Part shown: positions 22,010 through 32,639 of the stretch, piece by piece | How the letters are laid out: every line of letters starts with the position of its first letter | Position numbering within the stretch: the first letter of the stretch is position 1 | From: Paramoeba atlantica | Taxonomy: Eukaryota; Protista; Discosea | Direction: 5' to 3' | NCBI GenBank assembly: GCA_977017575.1 | Contig: CDRNVI010000054.1 | Span: forward strand, 434,001 to 498,000 | Length of the DNA: 64,000 nt | Position numbers and translations under genes: made by a program | The notes under the pieces: model-generated | What the model was told of the DNA's origin: nothing | What the model saw: the letters and a program-made list of their open reading frames with translations, nothing else | The model's database searches: none

Positions 22010-22218
22010 AGCACATTTATAATGCATATTAACGGCACGTTTATAATGCATACTAAGCGGCACATTCAAATGCATATAGCACATTCACATGCATAACAGC
22101 ACATTCACATGCATAATGCACATTCACATGCATATTAAGCGGCACATTCACATGCATAAATCCACGTTCACATGCATATAGCACATTCACATGCATAACA
22201 GCACATTGACATGCATAA
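22010..22218. repeat. Minisatellite with an approximately 20-bp unit, GCACATTCACATGCATA..
   Basis: About 10 imperfect copies. Confidence 0.88.
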
Positions 22219-22254
22219 AATTTTAGGCACGGATTTCAACATTTTCGAAAAGTT

Positions 22255-23035
22255 GGTGCGGGGTGCTATGGAAGCTCACCTTTGCTCCCGGTGAAGCCCC
22301 GGAGTTGCGAGAGGCCTCCATACCCCACAACTACCACCTTCCCCCCCTATTTAGCAGGGCCGCCTCCGGTACCTGGTCGCCCCGACCTCGGAGCCTGAGC
22401 TCCAGTGCGTGTGCGGTGCAACCCTCAGCAATGAGGAGTTTTGCGTACACGCACTGGACTGCAAGAAGGTGAAGGGGAAAACTCAGGCCTCCCGCCATAA
22501 GGAAGTCAAAGGGACGTTTCGGAACCTCTTGGTCCATTATGGGTTCAACCCGGACCTCCACGAACCGAGGTTCGACAATGGGCGGGGGCCAGACATCTGT
22601 TTCCAGCTGGGACGGAAGATCGTCCTGGTTGACGTCACAGTTGTGAACCCACTGGCCCCGTCGTACGTGGAGAAGGAGGCCGCGGAGCCATCCCACACGC
22701 TGAGGATGGCTGAGGCCAACAAAAGGCGCTCTCATGAGGATGTCGCTGGTGAGGGGCATGGAATTCCACCCTCTGGCCTTCTCCACGTACGGGATCCCGG
22801 GCCCAGAAATCTTGACCTTCCCCAACAAGGTGGCCCGGGCCCACACATCGGAGAAGAATGAGTGTCTCGCCCATCTCTTAATGGCCGTCGGGGTGGCCAT
22901 CCAGAGAGGGAATGCCCAGATTGTGCAGGCGGCGGTACAGGACTGGTACCACCCCGGGGTTAGGGGGTAGGACCAGGGGGGGGTAGGCTTCCGGTGGGCC
23001 TAGGGGGGTTAACATATCAAACAGTTAAAAAAAAA
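22255..23035 (+). mobile_element. CRE-clade non-LTR retrotransposon 3' fragment (zinc knuckle, restriction-like endonuclease, 3' UTR, oligo-A)
   Basis: CVCG..HALDC, RHKEV, GPDI..VDVTVVNP..SY and FHPLAFSTYG..VAIQRGNA, frameshifted; A-run at 23027-23035. Confidence 0.85.
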
Positions 23036-23225
23036 CCTGCGCCCTCCCGTATAACAAGGGAAGGGTTCCCAATGCAGGCTCGGGAGAGGTCGAAAGACCC
23101 GGTCCGGAGCGCGCGAATGGTCAGGGGAAAGTCTGCCCCTCCTAGCAGAGGGAGACCTTACCCTCCCTGGAAAGCAGGAAAGATTGGTAAGGGGAAGTCG
23201 GTAAGATGGGAAAGCATGTACAGTA
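23036..23225 (-). mobile_element. Inverted CRE-like fragment (thumb region)
   Basis: The minus strand reads FPLPIFPAFQGG*GLPLL..IRALRTGS, resembling the LP...GGLGL motif. Confidence 0.45.
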
Positions 23226-23904
23226 TGCAAAAAAACTGTTCACATGTTTGACACTTTTTTGTTGTTGGTGTTTCCCTGTGGCCAGGTGTCGTGTGTATTG
23301 AAGTAGTATATCAGAGTAGTGTATGCGTGGGTACTAGGTATATGTTGCCACAGAGCTTCCGACTCAATCGGCTTTGTAACAAAAGTGTGATCGTATGCAA
23401 GTAAAGAAGAACATGTGAACAGTTTTTTTGCAATTTCGAGGTAAGATTTTTTAGGCGAAAAACACAATTTACTGATGCATAAAAACGAAGTATGTACCTT
23501 CAAATGAATACTAGCGGAACTCTTTCTTGTGCCTTGATTGATGTCTATATGCGCCTACGCATGCTGTCGACCAAGGAATGGCTTAACCTTGTGGTATGCT
23601 TGCTCATTCCTATTTGACCTGACTTTAGAGCTCCAGAACACCTGTGAATCGAGTTGCGCGACTCGCAATTGTTCTTTTTGGATGTTCTCTGTATGTGTTC
23701 TGGGGCTCCGAGGTGCGCCTAATGGGCTGTACATTCTAAAATCGTGTAAATCTCATTAACAGAGAAGATCTTCGTCAACTTGCGACGCGAGCTCTCCTCC
23801 CCCGTTCATCTCTGGCGAATTCAGACCCCCATGTAATCCACTCATTTTGAGCGGCTAAGGGCATTGTGTGGCATTATTCTTCATTATTAGCGTATGAAAA
23901 ATCA

Positions 23905-24338
23905 ACGAACAGTTCAGTATTCGTGGTCCCTTGAAGCAGGACAATCTTACTCGCACCATTGAGTGATATGCAGCACTATCAGGCCACCACACTCAATGGT
24001 ACCTTGGGCAGTACACTAATCTAGACCTTCTCCCAAAATTTTATACCCCTATTTAGTTCGAACATTTTGGAAAGATATGCCTGTTTTTTTCATTGCTACG
24101 CATTTAGAACAGAAACGTATTTGTTCTGTATTTGATATTTCAATAGATCCGTCACAGGCGATGTACATACTCCAGTGGTAGAACAAAAAAATGTGTGTAT
24201 AAAATTTTGGGCGAAGGTCTCGATGAGTGTACTGCCCAAGGTGCCATTGAGTGTGGTGGCCTGATAGTGCTGCATATCACTCAATGGTGCGAGTAAGATT
24301 GTCCTGCTTCAAGGGACCACGAATACTGAACTGTTCGT
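23905..24338. mobile_element. Foldback/MITE-like element with about 142-bp inverted arms
   Basis: Arms 23905-24046 and 24197-24338 are near-perfect reverse complements around a 150-bp spacer. Confidence 0.8.
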
Positions 24339-24616
24339 ATTATTATATATTATATATATATATATTATTATCTTATATTATTATATATATATTTTCCTTT
24401 TTTTTCCTTTCATCATGTTTATCGGTCACTTAAGTACACATTCTGCAAAATTTCTTACTTTAACTCGCATTATGGTGCCTCCGAAATCGGCAGCGATGTG
24501 AAAGTGGACGCCAACAATAACACTATACCATCGCTGGGGATAAAGAAATTTCGGCCCCTGAAGCAGAGAGACGCAATGAACGTTGGAATCCAGTCCAATT
24601 AGAAAAGTATGTTTCA

Positions 24617-24989
24617 GCATACAATCATTGTATGCTACACACATTGTCAATGTATGTCAATCAGTGGACGACATAGCTACGGCATACAATCATTCTATGC
24701 TACATACTTTGTCAGTGCATGTCAATCATTGAACGACATACCTACGGCATAAAATCGAATGAGTCGAGGAAAAACTATGAAACACATAAACTACCAACAT
24801 TTATAGAACGATACACACATTGTCAATGTATGTCAATCAGTGGACGACATAGCTACGGCATACAATCATTCTATGCTACATACTTTGTCAGTGCATGTCA
24901 ATCATTGAACGACATACCTACGGCATAAAATCGAATGAGTCGAGGAAAAACTATGAAATACATAAACTACCAACATTTATAGAACGATA
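24617..24989. repeat. 176-bp tandem duplication built from 65-bp subunits
   Basis: ACATTGTCAA recurs at 24641 and 24817. Each unit contains GCATACAATCATT..CTACG subrepeats. Confidence 0.9.
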
Positions 24990-25329
24990 AGGAGTGATTC
25001 CAATGACTTGGGCGAAAAAACATTTATACCAAAAGCTTTTATCATTTTTTATCTGCTCACTCCTACGTAGTACATTGTCAGATCTTCTCCCCTTTACACC
25101 GACATCATCTTGAACTTTCCCAATATATTACGTTTTTATGACTCCACTCCACAACTTCAGCGCCATACTTCATATTTTCTCCACCCTGATCAAAATAAAG
25201 GAAAATGAAAAATGAAAATTAAACTGAAAAATGAATTTTCCTTTTCTGGATTTTCATTTTCCTTTATTTTTGACCCGGGGAGTAGTCTAAATTTAGTTAT
25301 TCCTTTCTTTTGCCATACTGGTTATAGGC

Positions 25330-26052
25330 ATGCATTGCTTTCATGCTTCTGATACCCGAGCAATATCGCACACTTCGAAAGTAAGCTTTGCGAATCTTCC
25401 ACAAGAGTTTCATCTTGCTAGATTGATTGAACGCGTAGAAGGATCCCGTGCAGATTGGAGCACTGAAAAACCGGCCTGTACGTGGTATGGCGTGCACTGC
25501 AACGCGCACAGTGAAATTCAACAAATTGATTGGTCTGACGCTTCCTTGACTGGACCATTGCAGTTAAGATATCTCCCGGAATCCCTTGAGAAATTTATCG
25601 TCTCTGGGAACAAGCTTTGTGGCCAGGTATCAGTAAGTGATTTACCACCGAGACTTGACTTTTTGAGAATGGACAATAATAATTTCGAAGGTTGTGTAAA
25701 CTTCTCTGCACTTCCAGAGCCTTTAATACGGTTATCTTTAGATGAAAACATGTTTACCGGTAAGGTTTGTCTCACGAATTTGCCAAAAAAACTTCAGAAA
25801 CTTTATATTAGCGACAACCATTTTTCTGGTGAGCTTGATTTGCGTCAACTCCCGTTGGAAATCGAATATGTGTGGCTAGATAACAATAAATTTACAGGGT
25901 TCGTTGACCTCAGTCATTTGCCCCCAATGCTAAGGATTCTCTATTTGTCAGACAACGAAGAACTGTTCGGAGAATTCAGCAAAGCTGATCTTCCACCCCG
26001 TGTCCGGGATGGAGTCTTCATTTCGAAAACAAAAATACGATATACGGTATAA
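25330..26052 (+). CDS. LRR family copy 4
   Basis: SKVSFANLPQE leader, PACTWYGVHC cap and 6 repeats. Confidence 0.88.
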   Translation: MHCFHASDTRAISHTSKVSFANLPQEFHLARLIERVEGSRADWSTEKPACTWYGVHCNAHSEIQQIDWSDASLTGPLQLRYLPESLEKFIVSGNKLCGQVSVSDLPPRLDFLRMDNNNFEGCVNFSALPEPLIRLSLDENMFTGKVCLTNLPKKLQKLYISDNHFSGELDLRQLPLEIEYVWLDNNKFTGFVDLSHLPPMLRILYLSDNEELFGEFSKADLPPRVRDGVFISKTKIRYTV

Positions 26053-26488
26053 CAAACAATTTATACGATTCACGATTCTTCAGTCAGAGAACTGCCATTT
26101 CTACACCCCTGTTTATCATTCGAAATACGCCTGTAAGAATTTATTGCGATATATTGTACATAGAAAACTAAGTTATGAGTCCACGCTGTAGAACGACAAC
26201 TAACGCTGTAGAATGACAGAAGACTACTTTTCTTTCTCTTTTTATAAGCACTTCACGACAAATTCATTCGCTAACTGTGCATTGCTTCAATCACCTATTC
26301 TACTTTTTTTCTATCTACCCATATACCACCACCGGGAAACCACTGGCAAACGGTACGTCATTTTTTTTTATAAATTTTATATATTTTTATATTTACGTCA
26401 AATAAAGTTGATTTCGACAACGTTGTATCAAAGACTTATCCCGTTACTGTACATTACCGTACACCAACTTGAATACAGAACTATTTGC

Positions 26489-26875
26489 ATGATGCTGCTC
26501 ACCCTCGCGGATCACGTAGCTCATCGTCGCGAGAGCAGCCTCCTTTTACTACATACGTTGTCATCCGATCCCACTGCACGAGCTCCTCACAGAATTCGGG
26601 GTGCCGTAATCCCGCAGGAATACGACTTAGCGCGTTTGGTAGAAAATATGGAAGGCCTGCACCCTACGTGGCGTACCAATGTCACAGCGTGTGCATGGAA
26701 AGGTGTGTCATGCAATCTAGCGGGTGACGTGACGGAAATACACTGGGGAAGCGCCATGGAAATTTACGGCGGCATTCGCGGCTCCTTTGGTTGGAGATAT
26801 CTTCCACTCACCCTGACGATTTATCTCTGGATGACCATGCATTGATAGGCGACCATTGACATTGATAGGCTGTTG
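26489..26875 (+). pseudogene. LRR family copy 5, frameshifted and truncated after the cap
   Basis: GAVIPQEYDLARL and TACAWKGVSC are followed by YLPLTL, a frameshift, a short duplication and unrelated sequence from about 26877. Confidence 0.75.
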
Positions 26876-26876
26876 A

Positions 26877-26952
26877 TACCAGGGGGACCCGTCCCCGAGT
26901 ACGGGGGTGGAAAATGTGCGCCATGACCTTGGCTACCCTTTCTGAGGGTTTA
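26877..26952 (+). repeat. Dispersed repeat (putative element terminus), also at about 50995-51070
   Basis: TACCAG(A)GGGG..CCCC..GGGGG..GAAAATG.GC..GGCTACCC.TT..GGGTTTA is shared by both loci. Confidence 0.5.
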
Positions 26953-27540
26953 TTTCCAAAAATACTTTGTTCAAAATGTTCATTTTTTGTGGCGCAAAAA
27001 ATGTTTTGCAGCGCACGATGGATACCAAGTATGTTGTTCACTATTTTTAACAAAGTATTTTTTTTCGCCATGTCAATGAGCAATATATGGGTTTTTCCAG
27101 GTTTTGCCTCTCATAGGTTTCAACCCTCTTAATACGCACAAACCCCAAAAACGTGTGCATATTAAAGGGGGGGTCACAGTAAGTGTAATGTAAGCATGTA
27201 AACACTCTCTTGGGAAAGGAGGGAGAGGTGGGTAGTTCCATCTTGCATACGTTTCCAAACGCACCAAATAAGAGACGTCGCTTAAGCGCGGGTACAATAT
27301 TTTTTGAGTGAGACTTTTTAATAAACAAGCTCGAAGTAAAGAAGACCCAAGCTCGGGCGTAATGGGCATCTTAACAGGTATTTACTAGGGGGGGGAGTAG
27401 TGCCTTGAACGTAGAGGCTCTTCTTTCCTCAGGCCCTTCTTTTACTTGATAAACACATTGCTCCGAAACGTTGTGCTTTTTAGAAAGCGATTTTATCTGA
27501 TCTCTCTCCATAGTAGCAAAATTATTAATATTTTTTTTTA

Positions 27541-27731
27541 ATCCAGGCTAAAGTGGACGAGGGAGATACTAAAGGCACCTTTGGAAAACCACCTCGAAAC
27601 TGGAACGGTATCACCGTTAAAGACCCTTTTGTCACATCAGAATGCTCTACAAACCGGGAGATACCATTGCAGTTTCGAGGTGGTTTTCCAACGGTGCCTT
27701 TAGTATCTCCCTCGCCCACTTTAGCCTGGAT
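27541..27731. mobile_element. 191-bp MITE with about 70-bp TIRs and TA flanks
   Basis: TA|ATCCAGGCTAAAGTGG..GGAAAACCACCTCGAAACTG ... CAGTTTCGAGGTGGTTTTCC..CCACTTTAGCCTGGAT|TA. Confidence 0.85.
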
Positions 27732-28089
27732 TACATAACCATCCGAACATGCTCCCTATGGCGCTTTACAGCTTCCCACGCGAGGAAGTCGTTGTCCCCG
27801 CGGCAAAAAGCGAGAAGAATAGATAGAAAATTTTTTGGTCGATACTAATAAATACAAAATTTTTTGTCGATTTACACGAGTTGCCACTGGCCTCCAAAAA
27901 GTTGGACATTATCATATCGCATCTGTGCAGACGTATAGTGAAACATAAAAATAGGAGAGAAATCACTCAGCTTCCCTCGAGATGAAGATCAAGTGGCCGC
28001 GTATATCAGAACTCATTATACTGATTTCCTGAAAATTAGAAAAAAACAACTAAAATTCAGGTCAAAACTGAAAAAAATGGTCGATACTA

Positions 28090-28631
28090 ATAAATACAAT
28101 ACTTTGTGTGTCGGCCATTTTTGTGAACAATACTTTTGGGCGGGGGTGTAAAATAAATAATTGTGAAATATTAATTCGTAAACAAATTTCGAAATGACGA
28201 GCTGTATTCCGTATGTTTCCATAACGGAAAAGACAAATACCTTCGTCACTGCATGCTTACCAATAATTTCTTGGAGCAATTTAAGGTGCTCTTTCCTTAA
28301 AATTGCTTTTTGCTCTTTGTTAAAGCTTCTCTGGCGCTTTCTTCCTTTGAGACCGCGATTGATGCGTGATTGATAAATCGACTACTAAAACGTATTTCAG
28401 TGGCTTCGCTAAACGCGGAGGTAGTTTTCAACGCTAAGCGCGCAGCATGAGTGACTTTTAAGTTGAAAACAACCACCGCGTTTAACGAAGCCACTCAATA
28501 TTAGAAATTTCCACCATGCTTACTGCACTTTTTGGTCAAAAAAAATTAGTCATTTTTTTCCGGACATTTTTTTTCAAACGGCACTATAATTGGGGGGGTG
28601 CCCCGCGGCACTAGAAGTGGGGGGGGCACAG
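28090..28631 (-). mobile_element. 5' part of a pogo-like element (terminus plus Tc5-HTH/DET remnant)
   Basis: The minus strand starts TA|CTGTGCCCCCCC. The remnant reads AFSEATEIRFSSRFINH..LLQEIIGKHAVTKVFVFSVMETYG. Confidence 0.45.
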
Positions 28632-28658
28632 TAATACAAATAATACGTATAATAAATA

Positions 28659-28813
28659 CTAACGTACACTCCCCAGTAATAGAATCGATTTTGAGCCAAA
28701 ATGACCAAATCTTTGTTACTGGGGGGTATGCTTTTGGGGTGAGAAAACCAAGTCTAAAATTCAACATTAAATAAGGGGGCAGAGCACTCTGTAGTAAGTA
28801 GGGGGTGGGACAG
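28659..28813. mobile_element. Abutting termini of MITE family B (28659-28749) and pogo family A (28755-28813)
   Basis: Reverse complement of about 50645-50736, followed by a match to about 20995-21050. Confidence 0.7.
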
Positions 28814-28819
28814 TAATTA

Positions 28820-29135
28820 CTGTATCCCCCCTGTTTATAATAGCCTCGACCGCTCCCGCCTTTATAGGTTCTTTTTTTGGCAAACCGAGGAAGAATTTTT
28901 TTATTTTAATTGCACCGCCTTAAATATTTTGATAGTTATTTTGACATGATTCTTCGAGGTATGGTGCGGGGTCGTGGTGGAGATTTTACTTTGGCAGAGC
29001 GCCGGGGCCCACTTTGCGATTGAATAATTCATGGTTCCTCGCTCCCAAATGTAGGGCGATTACTGTGCCAAAGCCCTCCCCCCTTTATAGGCTCATTTGG
29101 GCAAAAGCGAGGCTATTATAAACGGGGGGGTACAG
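28820..29135. mobile_element. pogo-type MITE with about 29-bp TIRs and TA TSD
   Basis: TA|CTGTATCCCCCCTGTTTATAATAGCCTCG ... CGAGGCTATTATAAACGGGGGGGTACAG|TA. Confidence 0.85.
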
Positions 29136-29245
29136 TACTTTGTTATTTTTTTAGTCTTTAGACGGGTTCAATTACACCCTAAAATATTACTCATCTCCCC
29201 AATTATCTTCCTCCTCATTTTTGCTTGTGACCGTCACCTACTTCC

Positions 29246-30760
29246 ATGTCCCACATCACTCTCCCTGTTGTGACCAAGCGCTCCCCCCTACGCCCCTACC
29301 CCCCGCGACCATCGCGGTGTTGGTCGCCCCATCACGCCCTCTCCCCCCCTTCCCTCTTGCACACGCCTCGCAGAGCTCTCCACACCACCCAGCCACTCCT
29401 TCCCGGAGCCTCCCTACTCGACTCCAAGTGCGAGTCAAGGCTCCACCCCAGCCCCCAAAACCCTTCCCACGGGGGAGATGACAACGCCAGTAACAAAAAT
29501 ACAGAACATTTAAAAATTACATCCAACAACAACATCACCAACGACAATAATAACAAGAATAAGAATACCAATCCCCAATTTCTAAACACGGGACAACAAA
29601 ACGTTCTACCCCACAACACCAACACCAACCACAACACGGTTCATCCCCCAAACCCCCACCTCCCCCCCACCCCCCCGGCCTCCCCCCACCACGACATCCT
29701 CCACGCGCTCTCCCGGGCCCAGTCCACCGCGACCGCCGCCTCCCGCGCCTCCCCCACCCCCTGGCGCCTCCTCACCCCCCCGCGCCGGCACCGTGTCCTC
29801 GACACCGTCGGCCTCCTCGACCCGACCCACCGGGTCGAGATGGAACACCTCGCGGACCAGATCCGCTCCCTCTGCGGGCTCGAGTTCACCCTCGTGCTCG
29901 TCCCCACGGTGGGGTACGTCCCCCCGCGGGTGTTCGCCCAGAGCCTGTTCCACGAGTGGGGCAGCGGGGGGGAGGCCCCCCCGCGGCTGCTGTGCCTCGT
30001 GGCCCACCATGAGGCGAGCCTGCAGCTCGTGGCGTCCTATGCTCTCGATGAGTATTTCGGGGGCCCGTTCGCGACCCTGTTGGTGAGAGAGGTGTTGCAG
30101 CCGCGGCTGCGGGAGGGGGACCCGAGTCTGGGGATGGTGCACCTGGTGCAGGCGGTGGGGCGACACGCCGCGGAGTGTCGCGGGCTGTGGCAGCCACGGT
30201 GGGTGACGCTGCGGCAGAAGGAGAGGCTGCGGGTGGCGCAGCAGATGGTGTATTTTGGGGCGCTGCGTACCCACACGTTCTGGGCGACGTTGTTTTTTTC
30301 CGCCCTAACGGTGTGGTTGGGGTTTCAGATTGCCGATTTACGGTGTGAGAAGTGTGGGACGTTTATGCGGGTGGGGTCAGATCCGGCGAAAGGGTTAACC
30401 TCCGGCCAGCGTGTGGAGATGGCCTCGGAGTGTGCGAGGTACCGTGTGTGGGAGTGTCCAAACTGTGGTACACATAAGGGTGTACTGGTGTCTCGGGACT
30501 ACCACAACTACGCCAACTGTCTGTTGTGTCCGTCGTGTCGGTATCACACCACAACGGTAACTTCTGATGTGCTGCGACTTGCGAGTAAAACGGAAGATGG
30601 GGTAAAACAGTTTGTGTATGACTGTAAAAACTGCGGGAAGCACGAGAAGGTGTTCCTGCCGCTGTTTCACCCTATGGAGGAGGCGCCCAAGGAGTGGTAC
30701 GACTTTTTGGTAAAGCGTGCTAATGAGCCGAATACGAAAGAGGGAATCAAGGTGGTATAG
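29246..30760 (+). CDS. TPM (TLP18.3/Psb32/MOLO-1) domain membrane protein with C-terminal CxxC zinc ribbons
   Basis: VLDTVGLL..LADQI..EFTLVLVPTV..A..LFHEWG fits TPM. One TM segment (FWATLFFSALTVWLGF) is followed by four CxxC pairs. The basic N-terminus resembles a mitochondrial presequence. Confidence 0.8.
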   Translation: MSHITLPVVTKRSPLRPYPPRPSRCWSPHHALSPPSLLHTPRRALHTTQPLLPGASLLDSKCESRLHPSPQNPSHGGDDNASNKNTEHLKITSNNNITNDNNNKNKNTNPQFLNTGQQNVLPHNTNTNHNTVHPPNPHLPPTPPASPHHDILHALSRAQSTATAASRASPTPWRLLTPPRRHRVLDTVGLLDPTHRVEMEHLADQIRSLCGLEFTLVLVPTVGYVPPRVFAQSLFHEWGSGGEAPPRLLCLVAHHEASLQLVASYALDEYFGGPFATLLVREVLQPRLREGDPSLGMVHLVQAVGRHAAECRGLWQPRWVTLRQKERLRVAQQMVYFGALRTHTFWATLFFSALTVWLGFQIADLRCEKCGTFMRVGSDPAKGLTSGQRVEMASECARYRVWECPNCGTHKGVLVSRDYHNYANCLLCPSCRYHTTTVTSDVLRLASKTEDGVKQFVYDCKNCGKHEKVFLPLFHPMEEAPKEWYDFLVKRANEPNTKEGIKVV

Positions 30761-31262
30761 AAAGCGTATGATGTTTTTGTTGTATCAGCGCTTAAACCTG
30801 TGTACGCGCATGATAAAAAAAATATTGTTCGCTAGCGCGGCATGCGGGTGCCTGGGAAACCTTTCCGTAAACTTACGCAAAAATCTGATGGCGTCACTCT
30901 GCCACTCTAAACGCAAACACAGGCCATTTTTGTGATTGCAAAACCTTCGAGACTACGCGTAGCGGTACTTGGCTCCTATTAAAAGGATGTGCCGCAAGGC
31001 ACTCCCGGACGATTGCTTGTGTCTTCTTTGGAGACGTGAAGTTCGGAACGTGAAGTTTGTGTTGCCGAGGAATGAAGGGATAAGGACCGAAGCATCGGCT
31101 ACACTGAAACGGGAAGAAATCGTATTGACGCATGTGGCATACATGTGTGTATGGTATTTCATAGTTCATGTATTTTACCTGGAACGGGGGGACAACTACC
31201 CCTTATGGGGTTCATAACTTGATTATCGTTACCACGCATTATGATAATATTGAATTACATTA

Positions 31263-32054
31263 ATGCAAATCCTGGTGCGTATCACCTCAGCGGACACCGA
31301 CCCAGTCATAACCCAGCACGGATCCTTGTGCAGTGAACCGTCAAGCATACCACACATTCGGAAAGGCAAGGTGAGTCGGTTGATGCTTCCTGAAGAGGTT
31401 AATCTTGATCGCCTAATACAGAATTTAACAAACCCACATGCCACATGGTCCACTGAAACACGGGCATGCGACTGGGACGGTGTGCACTGCGATGAGTCCG
31501 GGACCGTCACTGAGATCGATTGGTCGCTCCGTCAACTTCGTGGCGAGCTAAATTTTGAATATCTTCCGACTTCTTTGGAGACGTTTAACATAGAAAGAAA
31601 CGAAATTTACGGTAAAATGCCACTCTCGAGTTTTCCTTCGTTGCCTAGAATAGAAATTTGGCGCGTTATGAGTAACGTGTTTACCGGTAAAGTCGATCTC
31701 CTATCACTTCCTCCGAGTGTAAAGCTCGTAGACCTAAGTAGAAATCGTTTCCACGGTTGCATTTGCCTATCAGAGTTACCTACGAATCTAGAGGTACTGC
31801 GTCTCGAGCACAATCGTTTTTCGGGGTCTCTTGGTTTGGGCGGTCTCCCTGCGAATCTACAAGAGCTCTATCTAAACCACAATCTTTTTGAAGGGAAGGT
31901 GAGCATGCATAGTTTGCCCTCTGGGATGAAGCGCGTGTCACTAAGAAATAATAGTAATCTACATGGAACGGTAAGGGCTTCGAAGCTCCCCATAGGAACA
32001 GTTGATCACATAGAGGAAATCTGGATGAATACGAAAATTAATCTTGATTTATAG
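31263..32054 (+). CDS. LRR family copy 6
   Basis: KGKVSRLMLPEE leader, RACDWDGVHC cap and 6 repeats. Confidence 0.88.
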   Translation: MQILVRITSADTDPVITQHGSLCSEPSSIPHIRKGKVSRLMLPEEVNLDRLIQNLTNPHATWSTETRACDWDGVHCDESGTVTEIDWSLRQLRGELNFEYLPTSLETFNIERNEIYGKMPLSSFPSLPRIEIWRVMSNVFTGKVDLLSLPPSVKLVDLSRNRFHGCICLSELPTNLEVLRLEHNRFSGSLGLGGLPANLQELYLNHNLFEGKVSMHSLPSGMKRVSLRNNSNLHGTVRASKLPIGTVDHIEEIWMNTKINLDL

Positions 32055-32639
32055 AAAAATCATGTTTCTGACGTGGTTGTTTTTTCATTGAATGCTACTA
32101 CAACTCACCACTTCAGAAAAATGGTTTATGAAGCTTAAGTATTTCGATTTCTTGGGGCAGCTCTTTGACTTGTACAAACATTTTCAAGACATTATGCGCA
32201 AAGAAATAGGGACTAAGATAATCAACCAAACAGGGTGTTAAGCTAACTAGGATAGTTATCCAATTAAGATACTGATCTGCCTCCCTGTTTAATACAACAT
32301 ACCATATTGTTTTAGGGGATGGTTTTCGGAAACATTGGGGGGTATCATATTATTTGTCTTTCTTGATGTGTAAAGTTGCGAATGATACACGTGCCTCCCT
32401 TTAGTTGCTCCTTCTGTTAGTGTGTCCTTGTATAGTCCAGCTCCCCTAGTAATTTGTTTCTTTCTTTATTGGCTAAGGCATGCGCAGTTTTGACTTTTCT
32501 TTGATTTTGACTTTACATTGATTTTGCAACGCGAGCCATAGTCGAAGGGAAATAACGAGAGAGCAATCGTCTCTTTCAAATAACTTTCCCACTGTTTGGA
32601 AGGAAATCATAACATTCAACCAAGTCTGTAACGTTCCTT

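Noticed and set aside
21880-22010. Third hAT dimerisation remnant (ICERFSCGG)
   Set aside because: It needs several assumed indels and lacks the upstream WW/FP motif.
22010-22218. CRISPR-like array (also considered for 24617-24989)
   Set aside because: There are no unique spacers or cas genes; these are simple tandem repeats in a eukaryotic context.
26198-26207. AACTAACGCT, the start of the kinetoplastid spliced leader
   Set aside because: The rest of the exon and the donor site are missing, and the 10-mer arises from a local ACGCTGTAGAA duplication.
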